A DNA stretch of 64,000 nucleotides from Adineta vaga (lineage: Eukaryota; Animalia; Rotifera): NCBI GenBank assembly GCA_021613535.1, contig CP075497.1, forward strand, positions 13,516,001 to 13,580,000. The letters are read 5' to 3'. The position numbers and the translations under genes were made by a program. Below, piece after piece: positions 1-13,421 of the stretch (positions are counted from its first letter, which is position 1; each line of letters begins with the position of its first letter). Under the pieces are notes generated by a model. That model ran no database searches and was not told the DNA's origin. It saw only the letters and a program-made list of their open reading frames with translations.

Positions 1-97
1 TCCGTAATCGTTTTTTATTTTAAAATTAAACTTTTGAAACAATAAGAGAAAAACATAAAATCAGCTTGATTAAATGATAGTAGTGAATGTAAATTTT

Positions 98-3000
98 TTA
101 ATCTAAATTCTCGATATAACAATCTATCATTGATACAGGTTGTAGAGACATTTTTCGCTTCTTTTGTTTAGTTGTTGAAAATATTGGTTGATCTTTCTTG
201 ATCTATATAAGAACGATAATGTTCACTATGTGAATAAATTTAGATTTTACTCACTATATATTCAAGTTCATTAGAATATTCAATAGATGAACTTATTGAT
301 TTTGGTGCAGATGCAGTACGTGATATCTGTCGTGACTTAATATTATCTTTATGATACTGATCATGAAGAGACGAATTGATCTTTCAAAGTGAAAATCATA
401 TTGATTTAATTATTTTACAAACGAAAAAGCAAACCTTAATCTGTTCAATATTTTCTTCGACACCATTCAAATAAAAATCTTCATTTTTATCAATGTAATC
501 AATTATTTTCTTATCCATACTTGTTCGACGATGCAATAATACAAACATGATAGTCATAACAAGAACCTATACATAGATAAACAAAGAAATTTTCCTAGAA
601 ATCCTTCGATGAAAATACAAACTTTAACTGGTTGAGTAAATAGAATCGATGAAAAAAAACCGATAAATAATGATCCAAGCCATTTTTCAATTTTCTCACT
701 ACCAAATTCGATTCCTCGTGCAATAATCACCAATATAGAAACAGCAAATATGATACATGAGAGACCATAAACAATGAATAAATTCCACCATGGTAATGAT
801 CTACGAGTTTTGATCTTTCTTCGATTTGTCGTTATCATTTCTATCGACTCTAATTGTTTGAGAACTCGAAGTATAGGTGATATTTCATATATAGAACGAC
901 GTTTTCTTATTCGTCGAAATAACATCACAAAACACATGCTTGGAATAAAAAGAAGTATATCACAAATGATTCCAATACTAATCTGATTGAAAAAAACAAA
1001 ATGTTTTTAAAAGTTTAAATGAAAATCACAAACCTGTTCTCGACTGAATTCAAATGGACCAATGATAAATCTATGTAGATTTGTGGTATTAGTTTTAATA
1101 TCTTGTGTCTGATCATAATATAAAATATCTAATAACATAGCTGTAAAGAGAAGAACAAAACAACATGTACATCGTTGAACACGTGTAAAATGATTTGAAA
1201 GTGGTCGAGAAAAAATTGAATACCATAAATGTTCATCCGAAATATTGTGATAAACATTATGAGAAATATTAAATCGAAATTTATGTTTTTCATAATTACT
1301 TGCCAACGGAAAAGTATATTTTGTCTAGAAAATACAAGAATTAGGACACATTTAATTAAAAAGAACAATGAATATTTTACTGATAAAGTCATTTTTTCTG
1401 CTGTTAACAATTGTCGACAGATAAAATGAAATTTTTCCATCGTTTGTAAATCACGTACAATAAAATAATTAATGAACCATGAACCTTGTGAAAGTCTATT
1501 TGAATTATTTAACCAAATACGTAAATTCATCAGTTTTCCTAATGGTTGAGGTACAGCCAAAAGGAACGAATCAATTGATCCACGTTGAAGAATTTTTTTA
1601 TCAGAATTAAACAACATACGAACATCTGTCGTATTATTGATACCTGATAAATTAAATTCAACCTAAAATAATAATTCATAGAATTGATATAATCAATTAA
1701 TTTCAATATTTTACTTGAGAATTAGCTTCAGATTTCTTTCCTATTCCAGTAAATACAAGTATTTGATAAAAATATTTATCAGTTGATTGATTATGCGGCA
1801 AAATACTTACTGACAACTAAAAGTTCAGATATATATATGTATATATAAATATTTTGTTAAAGAAATTGTTTATTACAAACTTTTTCCTCATCTTTCTTAT
1901 CTTCACGTCGAGAATAAATCAAACATACGGTATACACAAACATAAGAATAATAACAGTTAAGTAAATTGTTCGATTTTTATCAAAACTAGCATTAGCAAA
2001 GACATATTTCCAATTGATTGGAGTTGGTAAAACAAGAAAACCAGCCGCAAATGTTGAGAGATGCGTCGATAAACATTGAGTTCGAATAGGATTTGTAAGT
2101 GGACCAACCTAAATGCCATCATTTTGAAAAGTCATAACTAAAATGATAACTTACTGTAAGTCCATCTGATTGCCAAGTAAGACTTGAATCAAGATAATAA
2201 CAACCGGATGAGAATATTCGAAGTTCATAATCCATTGAAAAATTAGCAGAAGAATCCATAATCGGTAGATTCAATGATTTATTCGTACAATACTTATTGA
2301 ATTCTATTTCATTTAATTCTCGAATACCAAATATAACTGAATGATGACGAGATGTTTCGTGATTATTTATAAAATAAGTGAAAAGACCATCATCTGTTAA
2401 ATCTAAAAAGAAGAAAATTCATTTTTAGTCAACAATCTCATCAGATTTCACATATTCTCACTTAAAGGACACATCAATGACCATCCATCAATTTGCTTGA
2501 TCGAACTATTTAATTGAGGAATATCATCAAATTTATAAATTAACATATAACCAAGATTATTGTTCAATGGTCTTAGTTCAAAATGAACGGATATGGTAAT
2601 ATTATCATTGACTTGAGTTATATTAACAAAATGTAATTTGAATGGATTATTATTTAATAATGAAACATTCTGTCGTATCATTGATGGTACAATCCAATTT
2701 ATATCACTTGGAATAAACAACTCAAAAGGTTGATCAATACTTGTATGAATTGACATTTCATTCTGATATTCATCAAGAATATCAATGAATAATAAACTCG
2801 ATAAATTAGTTGACTGTATATTTCCATCAGCCATTGCTAATGGTGTAAGAATACACTACAAATATATATTTTAATAGAAGTTTTATTTAAGATAAGACAA
2901 TGATTTTACCCTTAAAATTACTGATGAATTATCAGACAAATTCAAATTGATAATGGATGGTAATCGAACGAGAGCATTAATATTGAGTTCGATTAGTTTA

Positions 3001-6000
3001 TTAGGAAGTGATTTAACTTGAGCTTTTTGCAAATACATAATCACTGACGTTGTATTAATAATTAATGATTGTCCAATATTCATATGCATTTGCAATGCAT
3101 TTGATAGAATCGATTTTATTTGTTCACATCGATGGACAATAATATTTGCCTATAGACTGATGACTTGAGAAGAAATGTGCTTTTAAAATAAGAATAAACT
3201 CACTAATTTTTGTTGAATATCAAAATTGATATTATCTTCTATTGATTTTTTAGAAAATTCTTGAGATTTACTATCAATATCGGTATCAAGTACAATGCCA
3301 CGTTGTTGTAATTGAATATTGACACCCTGATAATATCAATTTACAATGTTTGATAATTTAAAAGAAAATACTTTATGTAACTTACAGTAAGAATATTGCT
3401 AACACATTGATATAGTTGATTCGTAGCTAATTGTATATTTTCGTAGATAGTTGTATTAGCTAGATTTAATAAAGCTATCGATAATTGATAGCATCTCATT
3501 GATACAATATTCTAAGAATATATAAAATTAGAAACTAATAAAATCAATAATTTTATGCATACTAAACTCTGTTGTGTTAATTGATTTGTTGTCGAAGTAA
3601 GTTGAACTATAGTAGTTGCTTGAAGGATAATACTATTTATATCTGTAATAGTTAAATTACTAAGAAATATTATCAAATAATCTTGAATATTAGCTAATTC
3701 ATTCAGCTCTTCAGTAAATTCAATTAAAGATGATTGATTAATTGATCCGAATGTTTGATTGGTATAGAACTATATTATTCATGAAAATGTTCGTTTACTT
3801 AAAATAATTAAACATTATTTTAACATACTATTTCATTTAATGTTGAAACTGAAATACTAACAACTGGTATATTATCTGGAAAAAAGAACAAATCCAACTT
3901 CATGTCTTAGATTAGCAAATAAACATACTTGAAATCGCTTTCAAAAGATTTTGTTTTGCTTTTTCGTTCAATATTTGAACTATTGAAATTAACTCTTGAC
4001 ATATACCATTCAGATAACCATTGCCATATAAAATATTAATAGATGGATTCGAAGTAATTCTACTATCATTCACTGAATTGTTTAATGTGAATTGAATTGC
4101 ATTCATAAATGTATTGATACTGACTTTATCTGATAAGATCAAAATAGATGACATATTCATTTCAGTAAGACTATCATATCTATCTCGAACTTGAACAATT
4201 AAATGTAAAAGTGTAGAATTTGAATCGTATATTGGCATTCGGACTTGAAATATATTATGAGTTGTAAAACCAAGCATTATACGGTTGGATGGATCAGTTT
4301 TCCATGCTGAAATAAATGCATATCGAAATATTTCTAAGTATACAATATATTCACATACTATAAAACGTATAATCTTTGATACCATCTGAATCAAACCAAT
4401 TTAAACATGTTATAGTGAATATTGTATTTATAGTTCCATTGAATGGATTTGTTGTACAAGTTCCATTTCTAGGTGGGGAATTAACAACAAAATTAATCAA
4501 TCCAATATTTTGTGTTGATTCAATTGAATAAATAACTTCAAATTGCCAATATTGTATATCTGGATACGCATGAAAAAGATCAGTAGTTGCGGTGAAATTT
4601 TTAGAATTTAAACCTTAAATAAATAAGATAATGATAATAGAAAAAAATATATCAAATGTCTTATAGTTACCAAAGAACCAAATATTTTCGTAATCAATAA
4701 TATTATTAAGTAATATCCATTGAACAATATTTGATGATGAATTTTTTAAACTATAATATATATTCCATTGTATATGTGTATTTGATAACAAGTTATTACA
4801 GTTATTAAAACAGAATGAAGTCAATGCTATTTGAGTAGTAGGATTGATTATTTGAAATACATTATTCGATGGACACATGTTCGGAAAAAGGCATCTATTG
4901 AAATAGAAATTTAATAATTATTTAGACTATAGAAATAATACATACCGAACGATGATATCTATCAATGAATTCTCATTTATTCTTACTAATAAATGTCCAG
5001 TATATGATTCTGTAATATTTTGTATATTAGTTAAAACTGCTTTGAAATGATATGTTTGATTTACAGAGAGAGATCCATCAGAAATGAGGAGAGATGATCT
5101 TGATTGATTCGAATCATAATATTCCCATTGTGTCTTATTACCTTTATAATCAATAGAATAGAAATTGCGTTTTATTTCATACAAGTACACATACTTATTT
5201 GTTTAGAGAAACATGATGAATTGAAAAGATTATTTCTTGGATCGTCGATTGGTAATGTTGTTCCATTAATAATCGGAAAATTATCAACATTATAGATTCG
5301 ACAAAAGTATGTATAATGCCAATTCTAAGTAATAATTTTTAATAGATTTATTTTTCTCTTGTAGAATAATAATAACTTACATTAAAATTAAAGTAGGAAA
5401 CATCATGATCAATTGAAAACATGCCTGGATCAAGTATTAACTTTTGTTTTTGTTCTTGTACGATCATTTGAATACCAAATTGAACTAAATTAACTGTGAT
5501 AGGTGATGAAATAATTCTAACATATGTTATTGCTGATGAAACAGATTGAGGTGCAGCCCACATAGTTACAGTCAAATTCATTTGATATAAACCGTATTCC
5601 AATGTTCGTGCTGGAATATAGAGTTCAACAAGTGATATGCTTGTTAATGATTGTGTAAGTTGTATATCGACCGTACAAAGTGGTATACATTTTTTAATTG
5701 TCCACTGACGAATTGTAGCGAGAGATGGTAAACAACTGAGCTGTAATGAGGAACCTATTGAAAATGCTTGACTACGTTGTATAATTAGTGGTGCATTAGG
5801 TAGAGAATTGTTGCGTGCAAATGAAATAATGGCAGGAGAACAATCTAACAAAGAGAAAACACAAGATTTTTTCTATAAGAATTAAATATTTGTATCAATA
5901 TACAATTGTTTATTAATGATGTCGTTGTTGTTTCTCTGGTGGCTGTTGTTGATACCGTTGTTGTAGTAGTACTATTAGTATTAGTGCTACCAATATTTGT

Positions 6001-8174
6001 CACTATGGACACAGTTGTAGTAACCATAGCAGTAGCAGAGGTGGATGTTGTAGTTTCTGTGATCGTGATGACAGAGGCGGAAGTGGACCTGGTGACAGAA
6101 GTGGTAGTGACTGAGGTGGTTGTAACAGAGGTCGTGGTTGGAGAAGTCGTAGTCGCAGAAGTAGTAGTGGCAGAAGCCGTGGTTGCAGAAGTGGTTGTGA
6201 CAGAGGTGGTGGTTCCAGAAGTGTTTGTGACACAGGTGGTGGTAGCAGAAGTTGTGGCAGTAGTAGTAGTAGTAGAGGTTGACGTTGTTGTGGTAGTAGT
6301 GGTGGTGGCAGAGGTTGTGGTAGACGTAGTTGTCGTAGTAGTGACGGTAGCAGAAGTGGATGTAGTTGTAGTAGTGATGGTGGTAGCAGAAGTGGATGTG
6401 GATGTAGTTGTGGTAGTAGTGATGGTGGTAGCAGAAGTGGATGTGGATGTAGTTGTGGTAGTAGTGACGGTAGCAGAAGTGGATGTGGATGTAGTTGTGG
6501 TAGTAGTGGTCGTCGTCGTAGTTGTTGTTGTAGCTATTATATACAACGAAAATTCTTTTACTGCAAATATCTAACACAACATACTATATCGGTAAGGTTT
6601 TAGAATACATTTCACAATTATATTTTTAAATTCAGTGAACTTTCAGAAGTTTTAACAACTTCTATCCTATTTGCGTTAACTATCGAAATGTCATACATGA
6701 ATTTTTCTTTTGATGAACTATAAACTAACTATTAATATTATTATAACAGATAGAAGGTTAAAAACAAATCTGGTATCATCTCATATACATTGTGATAGAA
6801 AGAATGCCTATAATCTAATTCCTTCACTTGTTTGAATTTATATCATTCAGTAATAACGTACCATTCATCGTTAGTCTTTTTTGGATAAAGTCGAGCAAAG
6901 AACTGAATAGCATTTCAATAGTCAATAAAACGACAATCATTGTAAAAAAAGAATTTACTGTCGTGAAATAATTTGAATAGTTCTGGATAAGCATGGTGAC
7001 TACATAATATAGTTCCTGATATTTACTACTTACGGCATATATTGTTTGACAAAAGAAATTTTTGAATCCGATGATTGTATTGGTCAGCAACATATAAGTT
7101 TCCATAACTATCAAAACTAATAGCCTTTTGACGATTTAACTGACTAGGTGATCCACCTTGTACGCCTGAACATCCAGCGATACATCGAAATCCATCTGGT
7201 CCTGATCCAATAATACGATTGGTTCCTCGATCTGAAATGAAGATATATTTATCAGCATCAAGAATAACACCCATTGGACCACTCAGAGTGAATGTAACAT
7301 TTGTTGTTGTGGATCCTGCTATTGTTACTCCATAAATTTGTCCTGATCGAAAGACTTGAATTCGATCGTTTCCTGTATCTGCCACATATATATCAAAATT
7401 AGTCTCGACAAAGATTCCAGTAGGTCCATATAACATATCTGGAGCTGAACCAGCAACACCTGTGCCAAGAGCAACTATCGGTTGAGTTGAATTATCATTC
7501 AATGATTTTTTGAGAACTTGATTCATATCACCAACTGTACAATATAGAGTATTATTGATATCAATGAAAAGAAACCTACATGATGTATTAACATACATCA
7601 CTAGAGTACTGATGTTTTGATTCGGTTCAAATCTATCTATTCGACCGTTACCAAGACCATTATCGACATAAATATCACCATTACTCGTAGCAAATATACC
7701 ATGTGATACGGCTACGTTACTTGTAAGTATTTTTGTTGGATTTGAACTACCAGCTGACCATATAAAAGTCTTATTATCCTTAAGAGCAGGCACATAGACT
7801 GTATTATTTGTATCAACAAAAATGCCGTAAATAAAAGTACCAATTAAACTGTGATTTGCAAAAGTTATTCCATCAGAATCCCAAGTTGCATTTGGACAAA
7901 GTTTTGGTTGATTATATGAAACAGCTATAAGTAAATACAAATATGAAATATTGATATTAATATCCAAAATTATAATAGTTCGAGAATAAGTAACATCGCT
8001 TTTATCTATCAAAAAAAAATCAACCTCATTCCACAATAGTTATATAGTCTACTGATACAATCTAAGCATTTCAGTGATATATATATATATATTAAAAATA
8101 TCTTATTATATACCTGCTGCATATTCAATAATCATCAATATTATCCATATTATTAAATTATTAACAGATGACAT
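98..8174 (-). CDS. Multi-exon polycystin-1/PKDREJ-like receptor: signal peptide, NHL propeller, Thr-rich stalk, REJ, GAIN/GPS, TM1, PLAT, about 4 further TMs
   Basis: Exon 1 8114-8174 gives MSSVNNLIIWIILMIIEYAA and splices in phase (GT-AG) to NHL exon 7034-7924, Thr-rich exon 5904-6533 and exon 5381-5844. REJ motif NSPPRNGTCTTNPFNGT (~4430-4490); GPS SGCYYLDS..WQSDGL / QCLSTHLSTFAAGF (~2040-2210); PLAT LQRGSIDSFLLAVPQPLG..LRIW; FTRVQRCTCCFVLLF. Last exon read to TAA at 98-100. Not every internal exon was phase-checked. Confidence 0.8.
5930..6533 (-). repeat. Low-complexity Thr/Ser codon repeat (mucin-like stalk exon)
   Basis: Runs of ACN codons with repeated units such as TTTTTTSTSTSAT and TTSAT/TTSVT; flanked by in-phase splice sites. 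Confidence 0.9.
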
Positions 8175-11100
8175 TTGAAATAGTCGAAATACGAGTTACA
8201 TTCCCAACGTCTTACAATGTTATTACATGAGAATATAAATTTCAAGGACTTTATATACAATCTTTCAGTATATATACATTTGAAATAGATAGAATTTAAG
8301 AAGTACAATGAGTAATTCATTTTTTTCTGATATTTATTTTTCAAGTTCTTGTTTCCTGAATTATTCTATGACGTCGCACACGTTTATTTACAAACAATTA
8401 CTGAATAAAGTTTTAAAAAAAAGATTCTTACAAAAATCATAGAATATCTTGTAAAAGAATTCGTTCGTCGATTAACAAAATTATTCGTAAAACAATCTCA
8501 ATCATGAACCAATATGAATTTCAAAATCATTAGTATTGAAGCTTAAAAACAATCTGGTAGAATAATTTATGTTTTTTTTTGTTTAATTAAAATATGAATA
8601 GTGCACTTTTCAATGAAATAGGATATTAAAAAGGAAAAACTGAAATAAATACTCAAGTAATCGATTCTCTAAAACTAATTTTTGCCCTAATAAAAGATAT
8701 AAATAGTTATGAAAATACTGAAAATTCACTATATGGTCACGAGGAAAAAAAGAGTATGTACATATGTAATACTGTTATTTGGTATGGTCATCATATGGTT
8801 ATTTTACAATTCTATCAACGTTAATATTTAGTTAAATGACAGATACAATTCGTGTTTTAAAATATTAACTTATTTCAATGAAAATATATTTAGAATAGTT
8901 TCTGAATATATATCACGTGTCCGATCGTTAAATAATGTGTATAATATATTACCTTAGAGATCGAGAAAGTCATTGCGAACTGTACGTGAACAATATTCAA
9001 CTATGAAGAGTTCGAGAGAGTAAACTAGAATAGGAATATAAAAAGAACTCACAAGATATAAATTAATTAAAGGAAATAAAAAGACTTCAAAGCTGTTTTA
9101 CGCATTATTTACTTTTCCGATTAACAACTCATATCTAGAAAGTTTTTCTTACAAGAAAACAAAACTAATTGAAATTTTAAAACAAAAAAAACATTTTCCA
9201 CCATCTTTTATCATTAGAATTTATTAAGTCGATAGAAATATTTCTTATATTATGATGTTTCAAAATTGATTGATTACAACGATTAGAAAAGTTGTAGTAG
9301 AAAAAAAGAGTCAAACTTTTATGAACGGTTGAGTATTCAAAATAAATTGAAACTTGTTTATTTTTTATAGACATTGTGGATTTTTTCGTAAATAGTACGA
9401 TAAAATCGACCAAAGGATGTTTGTTTAAATAAATAAATAAATTTTTCACTACATGAGTTATTCCTTTTAAAGAGAAAAACAAATTATAATATCTATATTA
9501 AAGTCATAAAACAGGTTTATTCATCTATTTTTGTTCATTTTTTTTCGTTAATCTTATTTTTGCAAAACTTTGACAGATATTTATTCTTATATGGTCGGAT
9601 TGGGCATTGACTGCTCCATCGATCAACATAGTTTGTATCCCATATTTATTCCTTATTCTGATAGAAAAAATAAGAAATTTCGAGAAGAGGTCAAAATAAG
9701 TTTTTTTTCTTATGGAACTTTTGAAGTGTTATAGTTACGTAATTCTAGTAATTATGATTTACTGAGTAAATAAACATTCCTCTTTTTTATATAACTATAG
9801 ATATATCATCTAATTCTCTCTCAAGCTATGCATTTGAATTGAACTTATTCTTTAGATTGTCTATATATTTAAGAAATTCTTAACAGATTTTTTGAAAATT
9901 TTGTGAATTATTTTTTACGACTTGTTTCTACTTATATATCATTGAATAGAATGAGAACTATTCTATTGATTGATGTGATTTCAGTATGGTTAAGCTTTAG
10001 GTTTTAGAGGTAAATTTCGGATTATGCGTTCGAAACTCAAAATACATATCAATGAAAAATGATCGAAATTTTAACAATAAAATAAAATAATTTCTTCAAA
10101 TTCAAACCTGTTTTATCTGTTAGTTTTTATAATTTCTCGTTTGATCAACCTCTTCAATTTGAAAATATTGTCGAATGAATCGATTTTATCTAGTCGGAGA
10201 TATAAACTTGCAAAAGTAGCTTTTAACTTGTTTTAATAGTTTATCAATTCTGTAACTGAAGTATGAATAAGTAAATCAAATACAAACTATACAGATCGAT
10301 AGAGTAGTCAATGATCTATCCAACCAGATAAGTTTACTTATTTCAAATTGATAAAATTTAATAATGTACTCTTAGAATCAATACTTGATATATATATATA
10401 TATATATATAGTAGAAAATCAGTATTGCTGATCAAGAATATTCAATGAATATGAAATCATCTAATGTTAACATGTATTTTTTTATATTGAGAACGAAAAA
10501 ATATTAATCGATATGAATATATCTTATACTTTTCAACTGTTTGATTTATCCTCTAATTTTAAAGCAGAAAATCCGTTCTAATGACCATGACTTCGAATAT
10601 TGATAACGAAAGGATTAAAGACGATTTTTCAATCATGTATATGTGAGTCGTTCTTCAAAGAAACAATAAACAATATTTCGTTATAACAAATACAAATAAT
10701 ATCTATCAAATACGATAAAGTTGATAAATGTATTCGCAAAATCGATTCATTGATAGATAATAAGATTGTTCTTTTATTATTTGATCATATATTAATACCA
10801 AGAACACCACGCCACAACTAAAAATATCTTTCCGAACGTGAACCAAATGAATCAGAAAGATCACTAGAAAGATATTTGGATTTTACTGATCTAATGACGC
10901 TTATGCCAGATATTCAACGATCGGATCTGACGGTTATTGTCAACTGTTATATAGATAGGATTTTGTCATTTATATATAGAGAGGAGAAGGGTTTTTCGAG
11001 TTTACTCAAATTCTTCGAAATTGATCAAAAATAATTTTTTCGATGTGATAAGCAAACACCATGTGTAATTACTCTGAATTACATTATTTTGTTTTTTCTA

Positions 11101-12403
11101 TTGCATAAATTAAATAACAATACAAACAAGAAGATTAGATTATTCGATTTATTTCATTTGATTTTTATTTAGAATATATTTTTCAAGAAATAAATTTGAC
11201 TTCTTTCGAAAAACAGGACTCTTTTGTGTTTTTATTTCATCATCAAATTGTCTATACAAAGCAAATCATATTGGTGTTTGAGAAAAATATTTATCTTTTA
11301 TATTTATATTTGGATTATATTCGAATAATAGACAAGTTTTAAGAATATAAATTGAATATTTTGTATTTGATATAATCGTGAAGATCATTTTGAATCTATA
11401 ATGATAATATTAATCTTAAACTTTCTTTTTAATTAATTATTTCACCAGACATGATCAATCTTTAGTGAAAAATTATCATCAAGCGAACGGTTAATTATAT
11501 AATCAATCTTTTCTTTTACAATTGAAAAATAAAATTCCTCTTTTTTACTTTTAATCATCTCGATTCTTTTCTTCAATATACTAAATGCATTAGAATGTAC
11601 ATATATTATATACTATATCGAAATCATAGAAAAATCTTCATTTCAGAATATAATCTGTATTGTTGTATGTTGCATTTCCTATCACAATAAATATATTCTA
11701 AATAATATTTTCCTTTTGTTAATCTCTTTTCTAATTCAATGAATATTAATAATGATTTATAATATGATAATTCAGGTAAATAATTAGGTAAAAATAAAAG
11801 GTCATTTTTCATTTTTTTTAATATAACATTTTTAATGTGTTGAAGATGACAAAAGACTTGACAAAATCTTTAATGTTCACTCACCCGAGTCATTCGATTC
11901 AAATATATTGACATATTTTATTATTCTCAATGAAACTTTGAATAAATTCAAAATTAAATATATAAATGTATCGAATATGATCGATACATAAATAAAGAGA
12001 TTCTAATCGATACAATATATTATTAAATGTTTTGAAATCATATCTATTTCATATATCATTCATGTTCCTTTTACCAAAAATCAGTTTGAAATTACCTAAA
12101 TTTATTCATAACATCGGATATCATCTCTGGGTCTTTGGTAAAATAAATGGATCTACTGTGGGAGTCGAGCTGACGAAATATTTTAATTGGAAATCAAACA
12201 TTCTAATCATTGAATTACAGACGCCTATCAATGTGATTTCATCTATAACTATACCGTATAGTTTTACATGTATATCATATTAAGGTAAGTAAAAAGAAAA
12301 GAAAATATTTTCGTTCTCTGCATATAATCTTACGTAATTATTATTGGAAGTGACTCATGTTTACATCATTTGTTTTTGAAATAAACAAACAAAAATTATA
12401 TTT

Positions 12404-12474
12404 CGTCACTGCAGGGAATCGAATCCTGGTCTTCGGTTAGACAAACCGTGATACTACCATTGTAATACAATGGC
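12404..12474 (-). tRNA. tRNA-Asp(GTC)-like, probably a pseudogene
   Basis: GCCATTG TA TTAC AATGGTA GTAT C ACGGT TTGTCTA ACCGA AGAC CAGGA TTCGATT CCCTG CAGTGAC G: cloverleaf with GTC anticodon and G73, but one mismatch in each stem; T5 run just downstream. Confidence 0.6.
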
Positions 12475-12784
12475 TTATGTATTCTATGTTCGATAATTAT
12501 AAACCTTTTGAGTGATAATATTTTCTTTACTTATGCTCACTCTATTCGTTGTTTTTCATGAGTCGAGAAAGAACACGTATGACTTAGTAACACAGTTAAC
12601 ATATCTTTGTTTTTCAACTTTCACTTTACAAGTAATAACAACAGATAAATTGATCTTAGGAATATGTTTTACATTGAAATAGAAGAAATATGATCCGCGA
12701 AAAAAGTTATTTTTCTTCTGTACTGCACTTACACATTGCATCATTAATCAATGTAATGATAGAAATATTATTCTAAAAAGTAAA

Positions 12785-12856
12785 TGCATCTACTGGGAAT
12801 CGAACCCAGATATCTTGAGTGGTAGTCAAGTATTCTAGCCATTGAATTATAAATGC
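12785..12856 (-). tRNA. tRNA-Gly with anticodon ACC
   Basis: GCATTTA TA ATTC AATGGCTA GAAT A CTTGA CTACCAC TCAAG ATAT CTGGG TTCGATT CCCAG TAGATGC A: all four stems pair, Gly-type GCAT..ATGCA acceptor, B box GGTTCGATTCC, T5 terminator about 5 nt downstream. Confidence 0.85.
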
Positions 12857-13158
12857 TTATTTTATTTATTTACAGATGATTTACGGGTAAATGTAAAGTA
12901 TGTCAAGAGTGAGAGCATTGACATATCTTCTGCATTACAAATAAAATTGTTAGAAGAATGTATTCTATTTGTTTTTCTTTAAAAATGATTATATAGAAGA
13001 ATTCAAAAATGAATGAAGAAAATTAATTAGTATAAGAAAGTAAAGTGTTTAAATGAGAAGTAAAGAAAGTATTTATCGAAGATATTTTGTTTTATCTTCT
13101 TTGCCGATTCATTTTTGTAATAAATCTTTGATAATATCATCAGTATTATTGGCTAATT

Positions 13159-13214
13159 AGGGTGTGGGTGAGGGTGTGGGTGTGGATATACGTTAAATCA
13201 AAACACTCACACCC
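13159..13214. repeat. Mini-element with head-to-head telomere-type repeats (locus A)
   Basis: AGGGTGTGGGTGAGGGTGTGGGTGTGG - ATATACGTTAAATCAAAA - CACTCACACCC. Confidence 0.75.
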
Positions 13215-13361
13215 ATATTATTCTTAGAACAGAAAGTTGTCTACTATGATTTATTTCATCTAACTGTGGTACAAAAAGTTTTTTTTCACTTGCAATGAGT
13301 CAAAAGAGGAAGAAAGGAAAGTAATTTATTTTTTTTATATTGAATCATCCTATACCTTATC

Positions 13362-13369
13362 TATATAAA
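13362..13369 (+). promoter_or_regulatory. Possible TATA box of the ART-TPR gene
   Basis: TATATAAAG about 55 nt before the ATG at 13422; weak evidence in AT-rich DNA. Confidence 0.3.
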
Positions 13370-13421
13370 GGTACAACGCTTACACTTACATGGGTTTTTC
13401 CTATCTACGAAAACAAAAAAT

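Noticed and set aside
286-299. 14-mer GATGAACTTATTGA identical to part of the replacement sequence at 20128-20141
   Set aside because: Could be a distant template, but a single AT-rich 14-mer match 20 kb away is not distinguishable from chance.
5906-6577. Val-rich (5906-6574 +) and His/Tyr-rich (5987-6577 -) ORFs
   Set aside because: Antisense and alternate-frame shadows of the Thr-codon repeat; only the Thr frame has in-phase splice sites.
10388-10410. (AT)n microsatellite, also at 17355-17377
   Set aside because: Ordinary; same length in both copies, which only supports the recency of the duplication.
9177-12744. Short ORFs of 60-101 aa in the duplicated non-genic region (and their copies)
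   Set aside because: No recognisable motifs; some may be decayed gene fragments but I cannot assign them.
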